From positions 9,052,001 through 9,116,000 of the forward strand of contig NC_092674.1 in the NCBI RefSeq assembly GCF_964355755.1: a DNA stretch of 64,000 nt, in the 5' to 3' direction. The DNA comes from Antedon mediterranea (lineage: Eukaryota; Animalia; Echinodermata). The notes beneath the pieces were generated by a model, which was given only the letters and a program-made list of their open reading frames with translations, searched no databases and was not told the origin of the DNA. Below, one piece after another: positions 11,796-23,900 of this stretch (position 1 is its first letter; the number at the start of each line of letters is the position of its first letter). A program made the translations under genes and the position numbers.

Positions 11796-12217
11796 TTAAC
11801 ATTTAAATTCCTTACAGGCCTACTACGGAATATTGCTAGAATATATTCATTTTCACAACTGGCATATCTTTGTATTAGATTCTTTGTACATGCAATAATT
11901 AGGTATGCTGTATTCAACCATCTAATTAGTATGAATGTATTGTACTGTAATGCAATTGGCCTTCTTTAATTTATTGCCAACTGTAGAAAAGTATAGTTTA
12001 ATGGATATACCTCAATGTATAAAATTTCTCAGACCGATCATAAAATAAGCATCTATACATAACGATACCTATTTTTCAAATGCAGTGAAACGAAAGTGTT
12101 GTGAACTAATGAGCTATTTCTTGTAATTTAGCCTAGCTCCTATAGAAATAGTCTAATTGATATTTTGCTAGTTATTTCAAACAAATTCATTAAATACCAA
12201 GTATTTTTAAACAACAT

Positions 12218-12364
12218 ACTAAACTCCTATTAAGGGGACATTCTCCGTGAATCAAACGAGGCCTAATTATGTTTTAGCACTACATCCAACCCTTACTTGG
12301 TGGCACCTCATAAAGGACACTTTTTGTGTCCAAAAGATGTCCCCTTATTAGGGGTTTTATTGTA
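12218..12364. mobile_element. Degenerate Tc1/mariner (pogo-like) MITE
   Basis: Imperfect inverted ends AAACTCCTATTAAGGGGACA / TGTCCCCTTATTAGGGGTTT; related pieces at ~11420-11557 and ~47110-47230. Confidence 0.55.
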
Positions 12365-12946
12365 TTTTTTTTTCTAATACATGATCAAAAAAAAATATAT
12401 ATAGAAAAAGACATAAAAAATAAACAGAGATAATCAACTACATTATTATGAAACATGTATGAATGAGAATCGAGTTTTTAATCAAAATTCATATTGCCCA
12501 AAGCATTTATCATTGTAATTTGTTTAGTTACAATACAAAAAAAAAAACCATGAAATAAATTGTATATAATATAGTATGATTATTATTGTGTTGAGAATTA
12601 CATATGGTGTTCGGTGACTTTAATACAATGAGTGAAAAACAATAACAGCTTCATTCAGAAATTAATCACAACATTAATAGCCTGCTAACAAATACACTGA
12701 TATACCAGTAACACTGGATACTGAGCTTCCAAACATATTTATACCTTGTGTAAGTATTCTACAAATTTATCGTGCATAACAAAGCATTGCAAAGTACCAT
12801 CACAGTATGGTGAATGTCAGATGTGGTGGCTAGGCATGGTGCGGGAGTTTTTATACAGCCATGAATCATGTATCGGCAGTGTGAAAGGTGCTTTCCAGTT
12901 TCATAGACGTTTAACGATGCAAACTTTAAAAAATACAAAACTTCTA

Positions 12947-13074
12947 AAGCTCTGTCTGCACTATTAAACTAGTGGGATTTGCCCAAATATGGTAGTAATA
13001 TGACATCATGTCCATATATGGGCACATCACATTTTGTTGTCACATACAGTTTTATAGTAGTGTAGTCAGAACTT
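12947..13074. mobile_element. Short MITE, TA-flanked, copy 1
   Basis: TIR AAGCTCTGTCTGCACTA... / ...TAGTGTAGTCAGAACTT with TA on both sides; same family as 14786-14948. Confidence 0.8.
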
Positions 13075-13730
13075 TAGGCTAGCTGCTACAGATTTTTGTG
13101 ACATCCTCAAAGTATATTTAGGTTCGTTCTCCTTCAGGTGCATGTGAACCCCCCCTTTGAATGTTTCAAAATAGTGTTTACATCAAGAATCAACATCAAC
13201 ATTTTGATCATAGAATTCAAAATTTCAAGAAACTGTCATGAGTTATAAAAACAGAAAAAATTAGCTCATCAAGATTGAAGTAGGATTGTCATAAAGTATG
13301 TATTAGTGTATGAAAGGAGACTACAAGGAGGTGTAGGTGAGATTAGATGGGATAGTTTTATTTAATTTTCTTCTGCTGAGTTTACATTTTAATACAGTGG
13401 TTAATATTATGTTTTTAGAAACAGAAACATTTTATTTTCAGTTGCCATATTTCTGCATATTTTTTAGAATAAATTAAACATTTCTTACCTGAGATCAAAC
13501 AATATTAGTTTTAGTCAGCAATTAACGTTCTGCGTTCAAAAGTTCCAATAAGCAAGAAAATTGTATGTTTAACAGTACTTGAGAATTGAATTTAACCATT
13601 AATTTCAAATTGGAAAAAAATTGAGTTAATTTATTAAAACAAAGTTAACCAGTTAAATGTTATCACACCAAAAACAATTTACTGTACACATGAGTATTTG
13701 TTATGTTATAAATTTCTGTACATAGACATA

Positions 13731-14554
13731 GGGCCTGTTTCTGCTGCAACTGCTCAAAATACGGTATAAAAATACGGTATAAAATACGGTATTTTTTATA
13801 CCGTATTTTTTAGTACCCCGTTTCTGCTAACAATACTTCTTGGGTGGTCGTGTTAAATTTCATCATTTTTACCCAAATTGCCATTCATTTATTTGATCGA
13901 TAATTAAAAGTCGCAATAAAGGAAGTTTTACGTCTCACTTTCAACAGCCTAGCCCTAGTGATAGAGATGTTGTGAGAGCACAGAAAACATCGTAATGGGG
14001 ACAATAATTCGTTCCCTCCCCGAGTTATTGTATTTTGCAATGTTGTACTGCTTTCGCAGGCTCTTCAGCTTTCAGTTTACTTGCTTTGGAGACAAGTCTA
14101 TTCCATACTCCTGCTTTGTTTTTTTAGAAATGTCTTTATAAATGTGGTTGTCCCTTTTATTACCTTTTAGTTGGCCAGACATTTTAGCTTCCCCACACAC
14201 ATTTATTTAGTAAAACTGTGTGACGTCTTCGCTCCACATTTTCGCCGAATATATCTATACACGTGTGTAAAGCAGCTGACAGCGACAGAAAATAAAAACA
14301 CAAATGTTGACCTTTTGTCATGTAAAAAAAAAATACGGTATTTTTTATTGGCAGCAGAAACGGGTACAAAAAATACGGTATAAATTTGTAAATACCGTAT
14401 TTTATCCACAAATTTTGTGGGGAAAATACGGTATACAAAATACGGTATATTTTTTATGAGTGCAGTTTCTGCTGCCAAAAATATACCGTATATATACGGT
14501 ATTCAAAAAATACCGTATAATATACGGTATTTAGTTGGCAGCAGAAACAGGGCC
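13731..14554. mobile_element. MITE with GGGCCTGTTTCTGCTGC TIRs and many subterminal AAAATACGGTAT repeats (Harbinger/Tourist-like ends)
   Basis: Left GGGCCTGTTTCTGCTGCAACT, right (reverse complement) GGCCCTGTTTCTGCTGCCAACT; TA flanks; more than 10 copies of ATACGGTA/TACCGTAT. The superfamily call is inference. Confidence 0.8.
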
Positions 14555-14785
14555 TAATATAATTTATCTACATATACTGTCCAAACAATTCAAATCTCAT
14601 TACCAGAAAATTTGACTTCCCTTTCGTATTTAGTAATCAAATTAATCTTAAAATCATACTGTAAATTGTAATTGACTAAATCATACTTTATTTTTCAACA
14701 TACTGGGGCTCCTTAATAATATTATTTATTTTTGCATGTCAAACAAAATTCTAATGTAAATATCCATTCCTTAATTTATTTACTA

Positions 14786-14948
14786 AAGCTCTGTCTGCAC
14801 TATCAAACTATAGTTTGACAAAAAAGTGTATGTGCTCAAACATGGTAGTGATATGCCCAAATATGGTAGTGATATGACATCATCATGTCCATATATGGGC
14901 ACATCACATTTTTTTGTCACATAAAGTTTGATAGTGTAGACAGAGCTT
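14786..14948. mobile_element. Short MITE, TA-flanked, copy 2
   Basis: 24-bp TIR AAGCTCTGTCT(G/A)CACTATCAAACT with 1 mismatch and TA flanks; further fragments at ~33630-33710 and ~46305-46381. Confidence 0.85.
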
Positions 14949-16402
14949 TAGAGATTTACTAATCTATGTGAACATCGGTAAAAAGATCCAAAAGCATGCT
15001 GTTGTGAATATATCCTATTTTTTGCTAGTTAATTATTCATCTATTTAGAATCGACATTGATTGATGAGATCATCAAATCACTTTGGAAAGATCATAACGC
15101 ATCATTTAATATCACGATAATAATGTTTCCATGTTCATTTAAATTTACAAAATTAGAATTTTACAGAAACAAGCACTAATGATAAATGGTAATATCATAT
15201 TTATAGTAATAATTGCAACAAACATCATTTCGAAACTATTAAATATTGTTGATTTTAAATGTAAAAAAATTATTGTATATATTATTATAATATTTGAATA
15301 TAAATATAGTTTGGTTTTTAAACATAATTTAAAAGATTACCCAATATTGTGACTTTAATTTTATGTTATATTTTTTTTAAATAATGTGTAAATCCAAAGA
15401 AACATTATTAAAAAATGACAAAGCTTTGGGTATTATTGGTGGCTAAATTAAAATGATAAAGTCAAGAAGGAAAGCTTTCATGCTGGAAATCTTAAATAAG
15501 AAAATCAACTTACGACATGCAATTTAATTTTATGAATTAAAAGCATGAAGCTAAAGCTAATTTTTAATATACATTAAAATATAAAATCAATACATAAATT
15601 AACTTTATTTCCCAAATCTTCTATACATGCTTAGAAAGATAAAGAAATCAATACAATTAAATATATATAAAATGTCTTAATTAGTATGCTGTACATACAT
15701 ACTCTCCGTTATGGATCGTACCATTATTGTAGCGCATAACTTTGAAAGACGAATTTAATTATAAATATATGATATATACACTGGTAATCTTTTTGTAAAC
15801 ATCAATATTGATTTTAAAAAGATAGTGATCATGAATGATAAAAAAAAAGGAAAAAAAAGGATAAATAGTAATAAAATAAAAGGAAAAAAAATAATTTTAC
15901 AGCTTTGTACTACTACTATACCCTCTCATAGGAATAATCATGACAAGCTGTCACGCATCAGTGAACCGTCATTTGCATTCATGTGTAACTAACGGGAACA
16001 TAATAACGGTCATTAAGGACGCCCGGTAGTGTTAACTGGACAGTTGATTCGTCACTTCTCGTGAAATGACTTAAGCACAGGATTCGCAGAACGACTGCTA
16101 CTTATGGTAACTTTAATGCGTCGTTTGGATATAGATTTTAACGCGGCCGAGTGTTTCTCCTGATACTTTGCTACATCTATAATGCATACTTCATTGCATT
16201 GAACGCAACATATCTAGATGTTTAATCGAGCATACTGCAAATGATTAATAACAAAGATCATTTTGTAAATCTTTAATATAAATATAATTATTTAATATTG
16301 ATGTCATCGATTATATTGAACTGTCTGTAAATAAATTAAATCACTATGAATTACTATTTACAATTATAATAATTTATTACAATTATACTACAACCTCTAG
16401 GG

Positions 16403-16834
16403 AACCCCACAACGTATCCCCTTAATGGAGGTGTCCTTTAAATAGGACCACATTGTAAAAACATATCATTCTCCAACCCCACAAAGTATCCCCTTAATGG
16501 AGGTGTCCTTTAAATAGGACCATATTGTAAAAACATATCATTTTCCAACCCCACAAAGTATCCCCTTAATGGAGGTGTCCTTTAAATAGGACCACATTGT
16601 TTAAACATATCATTTTCCAACCCCACAACGTATCCCCTTAATGGAGGTGTCCTTTAAATAGGACCACATTGTAAAAACATATCATTTTCCAACCCCACAA
16701 AGTATCCCCTTAATGGAGGTGTCCTTTAAATAGGACCACATTGTTTAAACATATCATTCTCCAACCCCACAACGTATCCCCTTAATGGAGGTGTCCTTTA
16801 AATAGGACCACATTTTTTAAACATATCATTCTCC
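16403..16834. repeat. Minisatellite, 72-bp unit, 6 copies
   Basis: AACCCCACAA starts at 16403, 16475, 16547, 16619, 16691 and 16763. Confidence 0.95.
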
Positions 16835-17200
16835 TTGTTCGGTTCACAGGAAGATTTTACTGTAAAGTGTAACAAATATTCATTTACAAACTGCGACTTT
16901 AATGTCTATGCCAATATCTTTTTATACCATTGAGTACAAATTTTAAAAGGTAGGCAAGATTTATCGAAATTTGTCCTTAATTAAATTTATATATATATAC
17001 AGTAGAACCACCTTTATCATCTGTGGGATTAGAAATCAGTATTGAATACAATGAAATCAATTAAAGAACAATTGGTTTTTTTTAGAGTGGATTGAGCATT
17101 TGTTCTACTTCTAGACACTTGAAAATCAAGTATCACACATGTTTAATCACAGTGATACTGTAATATCTCTTATATCAAGGTTTCTTTGATTTTAGGTCTA

Positions 17201-18129
17201 ACGCCCGTATTCTTAAACCGGACTTTAGTCGTAGTTCGAGCTAAAACTAAAAAAATGACGTCATTTTAATTCATAAACCGAACTTCAACTAAATCACCGA
17301 CTAAATCAGGCCAACCTCGACTAAATCGAGACGGATTTTGATCGATTTTTTTAGTCCTGGAGGGGGCAGACTAAATGGTCGACTAAATGGTTTTTAAACG
17401 ATGTTTATAAAAAACATAACAGTCATTGAGTTGTTATATTGGCCAGATATTGAAGAATGAAATATCTATATTTATATTAGCTTAATTAAATATACATTGG
17501 TATAAATTATAATAATGAAAATCATCTTTATTTACAACTGTATACAAATTACATTATTTTCTTCGCGCAAGTCCGACTTGAGCTACGTCACGCCATAGCG
17601 ACAATGAGAGATGCGGCAATTCACCACGCAATGGAATGTTTAGGGGGCCTAGCGCTTTCTTGTCCCGCTATGAAGTGCGTGGTTCGTGGCGATCATACTT
17701 TGTTGGGGGCCTAGAAAATATAAAAGTTACCGTACCGCCATGGTTCCTAAATATATTTCGAAGATTTTATTTGTTGTTAATCAAATATACTTCACTGTTA
17801 AATTAATACTGATATTGTTCTAATAATTAACGATTAAAATTATTTTTCATGTATATAGTCCTGATGCGTAAAAAGTGTTGTAAGAAATGGAAAGTGATAT
17901 CAATGCGCAAAATTTCGTCTGCTCCTCAAATACTCTCTTGTCATTGGCCAATGTATAGACTTTGTTACCCAGACGTGTGCAACTCGACTAAAAGCTCGAC
18001 TTCATTAAGTCGAACTGCAAACTTCGACTACTTCGTTTTTGAATCGAATTTGAAGTAATAGCTCGAACTACGACTTTTTCAAGTCGAACTTCGAACTACG
18101 ACTAAAGTCCGGTTTAAGAATACGGGTGT
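17201..18129. mobile_element. Non-autonomous DNA transposon with ~39-bp TIRs and TA flanks
   Basis: AC(G/A)CCCGTATTCTTAAACCGGACTTTAGTCGTAGTTCGA at both ends in inverted orientation (1 mismatch); internal CGACTAAA repeats; CpG-rich relative to flanks. Confidence 0.85.
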
Positions 18130-20750
18130 TAGTATTTTTCCAGTCTAATTTATTTAAAGATGATTTTACAGTAAAAAAGCAAAAAATATTTTACACAAAT
18201 TCATCTTTCAATAAAAAAATAAAATCTCTCCCAGTGGGATGAGGTGGCCCAGTGCCTAAAAATGGTGAAATAAAGGGCAGACCTAAATGTGATGTCCTTT
18301 TGCTTTACAAGTTGCAAAATCTTTAACCACAAAAATTGTAACACACCTACTGTTCTAAAGTGAATTGACATTTGATTATTTCGCCGCTTCTCGCTTAAAT
18401 TTAAATGTCAAAGGCTACAGTATGCCAATCATGAGGATGGATCCAAATGATACACGCCATGTGATACAAAATCAACCAATGAAATGGCAAGAATATACTA
18501 TGACGAAGAAATGTTACACATATGTCTGCAAACCAAATCAGGGTCATCAGAAGCACAACATTCGCAACACTGATTGGTTCGTAGATTAACATTACTTCGT
18601 CGTCTTTACGCTCGTTCTCAAAATGCCTTAATGAGAATTTTTCAGTATGAAGATTTCTTATTTATTTTGCTATATGAAATATGCTTTAGATGTTACTATT
18701 TGCATAAATTCACTCAATCAAATACACATTTTTTGCATTGAAATTTTTGACAACGTCACTTTTCAGAGAATATTTGAATATTGTAAAGATATACTATAAC
18801 CACCATATATTAGCATAAAAAATAAGTTGAAATATAAACTACTATCATCAAATTTACGTGTAGAATAGAGTAATATAGTATTGATACTATACATGTATAG
18901 GCTTTCTGCAGGTTATAATTGAGATGTCTATCATGTTATTTGTTATGTCAACAAATTGCATTTTATAATATATTATTAAAGGAAGAGCAAGTCAAATAAA
19001 TAAGATAAGATAAAAGATATAACTATGAGGTACAAAAGAACAGTGTAAAAGAGCACATCAATAAAGATGCATACTACTACTGATATCATAATGAGGCATA
19101 TCAGGATCTGCATCCACCAACATGTGTTAGGAAGTCAGGGAAAAACATGAACAAAATTCCATAGTGTCTAAAGAAACAGTGGTATTACATAGACCTATTT
19201 CAAAGGTAATTGCATTGTATATCATCCTTAAGCTTAACTTATTTCATTGGGTTGTTTTTTAATAGCTAACTATGATCTTACATGATAGTTTGTTGTGAAT
19301 AGATCCACATTTTTTGTTCTTGCACATATTTTAATTGTGTATTTTTTTATTCTCTTTTTTTTGTGGAAGTAAACATTTCAGCACTTGTATGTAAGGTGAC
19401 TGTATGACATAAATTGAATGACATTCGGATGGTAAATGTGTAATGTGCGTAATAATAGTTAATTGTTTTAAGCTGATAATTACAATATCATTAATTGAGT
19501 CTAGAGTATGAGTAGATGGCGAAAACAAAATAAAACCAGTACTTTCAAATATTCAGAGGTTTTTTAAAAACAATTTTTTTGAAATTAGGCGGGGTGGAAG
19601 GCATAAAGCTTTAATGCCAAATCTCACAGATGAGTGGTAATGGTAATACAAATATAGAATCTATGTTATTCCTTATGAACATTTACACACAACACATAGC
19701 AGACATGGGACAAGCTACACTGTTTTCCGCTTACTATTACCGCTCGTCTGTGTAAATTGGTCTTTAGGAAAACGACAGTGGGTACTACACTACCCGTCAC
19801 ATTAGCCCAACATAATTACATCCTTGATGCGTACCCTCATCTATATGCCAACTACCTGTTTATATCCCCAGCTATAATAAATTCATTATTAATGAAAGCT
19901 ACCTAAACAAGGAAAAACAATTCTAGTGCAGATTATGTTGGAATTAATGCTGGTTTTTGGTCTAGACAAAATTAAATTAGTCAAATACAAAGAAAAACAA
20001 ATTTAAATGTATGACTGACTAGGCCAGGGACTATACTTTATCATTCATATTGTATCATAATATTACATATTATTAATAATAATCTACTCCATCCATTTTA
20101 TACATATTATTTTTTGCCTGTAATATATTTTTACATAAAGAAGAAATGAAGATGAACAAATCATCAAATCATGGAGAACTATTTATTCATGGTAAGATAG
20201 AAAGAATTAGCCAGCAGGAGATACAAGTGGATAGAGAGCGTGTGACAGATCAGTGACAAGTAGACTACCAATGGTTAATTAGCTAATGTCATTGGGAGAT
20301 TGTTGAGGTCTCTTCTCTAGTTAGTAGACCACGAGAGAGGCACTTGGCCATCAAGATACCAGTACTTAGCAATTTGTGTCTTTCCAGGTAGCGACACTAC
20401 CTGGCCGTTACAAGGTGGGAGGGTGTTTTGGTTTACCTAGGGGGTATATATTAATTGCATACCACTAGAGCTTTGAATATGTAGGCCCACAGGAGCTTGA
20501 TGTTAAGAAAACTGTAGGCCACAAAATTTAATTTTAAATTGTGATGTACTACAGTACTGTATGTGAAAAATACCAAGGTTATTTACACTTATTGACAAAT
20601 AAATTCAGCATACAAGCATATTCTACCAAAATTGAACAAAAGTACATTTGATTAAATCAGGATAAATTACCATGAACTTGGGATTTGAACCCAAGAAAAG
20701 GATAGGAAATTCCAAACAGACAACACAATATATAAAAAAAATAATCTTAC

Positions 20751-20936
20751 CTGGTCGAAAAACTAATGGTTTTGGCTTTGGGTCAACGCAGAATCCAAGG
20801 AACGCGTGGAGGAAGTCGATGATACTGTCCAATGGATGTGTACTGATGACATAGCGTAGATAACGACGAAATTGTCTCGCATCAATCTTATACATGCGAT
20901 TCAAGCAGTTTTGGCCTTGTTGTCTCAAAATGTTAC
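20751..20936 (-). CDS. UNC80: UNC80 coding exon 4
   Basis: tttttgataag|GT AAC ATT TTG AGA...CGA CCA G|gtaag; (G)NILRQQGQNCLNRMYKIDARQFRRYLRYVISTHPLDSIIDFLHAFLGFCVDPKPKPLVFRP. Confidence 0.88.
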
Positions 20937-23900
20937 CTTATCAAAAAGATATTAAATAAAAGTTTGTTATTCATTTTTCATCATTATTTACTGAACTTGG
21001 CAGCCAAACAGTACAGCCTTGTATTTAACTTCTTAACTATATGGCCAACATGATCCACCCATTTAAGCTTATAGCCGAACACCACTCCAAGATAGTAATT
21101 GTTTCCACAGTAATCAGTAAATCAAATAATCTCAGAAAGGTATAGAGAAGAATCGTTGTTATTAATAAGAGCCATAGCCAAGTCGTACGCACATTTTATC
21201 ATTGGACAACTCAGGGATACCGACCAAAAATCTGACATGTACAGAGTAAACAAAAAAGTTGCCAATACGGTACCTTGTGGTGCACCTGTACTAGTAGTAC
21301 ACACAGTATCGGAAATAATATTATTCTTAACATACTAGCTACGTTGGACTAAAAATTTAAATACAAACAAAATTAATACAACTTTGAACATTCATATCAA
21401 ACAATTCATGAACTAAGCTCATTCTAAGTGACAATGGTTTGAGAGATAAAGTAAACAAATAGTAAGGAACATAGTTTGAAACACAATGGATCTGACCCAA
21501 TTAAATCTGATCCGGATCCTGTAGCTGCCCAGTGCAAATGGAGTGGTGCGGTGGTGTAAAAATTGGAACTGATGCTTATGCCTATGATAATTATTAAGAG
21601 AAACTGCAATAAGTACCTGCTTGACCACGTAGGCCTTCTCCACACCCATGTTTACAACCAAGTGCTCGAAATACACACACCAATGTCTCCATCACTAGAT
21701 TATGCACATTCATATCCTCTGAACCTATTTCCTCAATCCCTGCTGCAGTCTTATCTTCCAGCTTAGCTTTCCCACCTTCCACTCGGATCTTTGGTATTGT
21801 TGAACTCTTTTGATTGGTCTTTTCAGATTTAGTATCCATAACACTAAAGTTAAGCAATGTATCAATTATATGTAATGAAACATCACAGATTTTTGCATTT
21901 GTCTCTTTGGTGATGACAGTGTGAAGTGCTCTTAATATCACACTGTAGTTCATCTGTCCATTCTCTTGGATGTAGTAGGTTGAACCTGGAGCTTCACAAT
22001 GTTCTTCCACCTCTTGAGGTCGGTAGTAATCCACAAATGAATCTGAAGAACTTCTTGGAATTGTTGGTGGTAGTGAAAGAAGTGAAGCTGCTGGTTCTAC
22101 AGGACGTTCAGCATTTTTATCCTGTTTATTGGTATCAGGAATGGATGGTGCTTCATTGTCATCTGTTTCATTTGGTGGAAGTTCTAAAGTTGGTCTGATC
22201 TCTGGAATTGGAACAGCAAGAGAGATAGCTGGAACTTCTTCCAATTCAAAAGGAGTAACAGATTCAGAAACGGCTTTTTGGATTTCAGATTCAACTGTTA
22301 TACTAGCTGGTTCTTCTAAGATTGGTTTAGATCTCTGAAGTCGGTGTAGAGGTTCAAAATGTGTTTTCACTGTTGGTATAAAGAGTTTAACTTCTCTCTC
22401 GGCACCAACTCCACCATTTCTAATAATTGGAATTTCACCCGAGCTGCTGCTACTTGTTGATAAACGGTTTTCTGTGCTGTCCAAAGGAGGTAGAGTATGT
22501 CTTTTTATGACATCTATTTTAAATTTAAATGGTTTAACCTTACTTGAATCAAAACTCTTTGATTTGGTAAGTTGTAGATTTTTTAGAAAAGGGTTTTGTA
22601 TTTCTTGTACTCCAGACTCGCCACTTCCAAACTTAGGTGGTTCTATAACTGTAGGAGTGGACACTGAGAATGCTGGTAAACCTATTTGAGCCCCAGAGTT
22701 AATATCAGTTTTAACAATAGGGACTTCTGAATTGCTTTCTTCTTTAATTGGTTTTTCACTTTTCTCTTCTGTCTCTAAAACTGGTGGACACCGGATGCAT
22801 GGTGGTGACAGTGCTGGTGGTCTTCTTGATCTTTTCCTAGTTCTTAGAACTACATGTTCTTGCTCATCTCCTTCAGACTTATAATTTATAATTGGTTCTG
22901 CCCCAGTAGATGGAACATTAGAAAGACTCTCAGTATCACACCTTTGATTCATAATATTTTCTTCCGACATATTTTCATTTTCATAAGTCTCCACAAGACG
23001 TGGTACTGGGTACATTGGTCTTCCTAATGAACCATGACCAATACGTCTTAACTGAGGACCTGTGGTCTTCTGCTTTTTGTTACTTGGCAAGGGTTTTCTA
23101 CTTGTTTCAACCTCTGTTCGAATAAATGCTGGAAGTGATAACTTCTTAGTAACATTACTGACAGGTGCTACCATAGAAACCATAATTTGAGGTACAGGTA
23201 AGGAACAACTACGATGGCGAACACGTTCTGAGGCAATTTTCTCATCAGTAATTTCTTGAAGGCGTGTAAGTAGGTAAGTTAGAGCCCACTGAATGCCTTC
23301 ATCATTCCAATTTGGACTAAAGAGACATCGAAGAACAGCAACATCAAAAAAGGTTGCTTGACTTACATCACTAAATCTAGTTAAACTAGAATGTTTACTA
23401 TGTAAACCAGTAGAACACTCATCTAAATTTGATTTTACTTGATTGTTTTTGCAAGCACATGAATTATCTTTGATAGTACTATGACACACAGAACAAATAT
23501 TTACAGGTTTTGAATCTCGACCTTTTGAAGGGTCGCATACATCGGTCAAATTAGCCAATGGCGCAACACCACTAACTGACAAGTCATTACACTGCTTAAT
23601 ATCTTCCTGCAAGCCATCACCGTTGCGCAAAGAACTATGGCGGCGTGCTCTGACAATGTTCCTTTTAGGTTTCACTACAGCCATGAAGCTAAGAATATCT
23701 GGTTGTCTATGTTCCCATAGAGGTTGCCAAAGTCTGAGTCCATTAGCCAGACGAAATGTTAAATCACTTTCTTTGACACTGTATATCAGTGGAGCAAACA
23801 TGTAAACAAACAATTGTAAAGAATCCAGAGAATACTGTGGTTCACAAATTGGTTCAGTATCAGCTGGTTCCTCTTGGCTCATTTCTAAAAGACATTCATT

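Noticed and set aside
14044-14072. CTGAAGA-GC-CT-GC-GAAA on the minus strand inside a MITE
   Set aside because: Stem II is only 2 bp with a 2-nt loop and there is no stem I pairing.
16403-16834. CRISPR-like regular array
   Set aside because: Whole 72-bp units repeat with no unique spacers; eukaryotic context and no cas genes.
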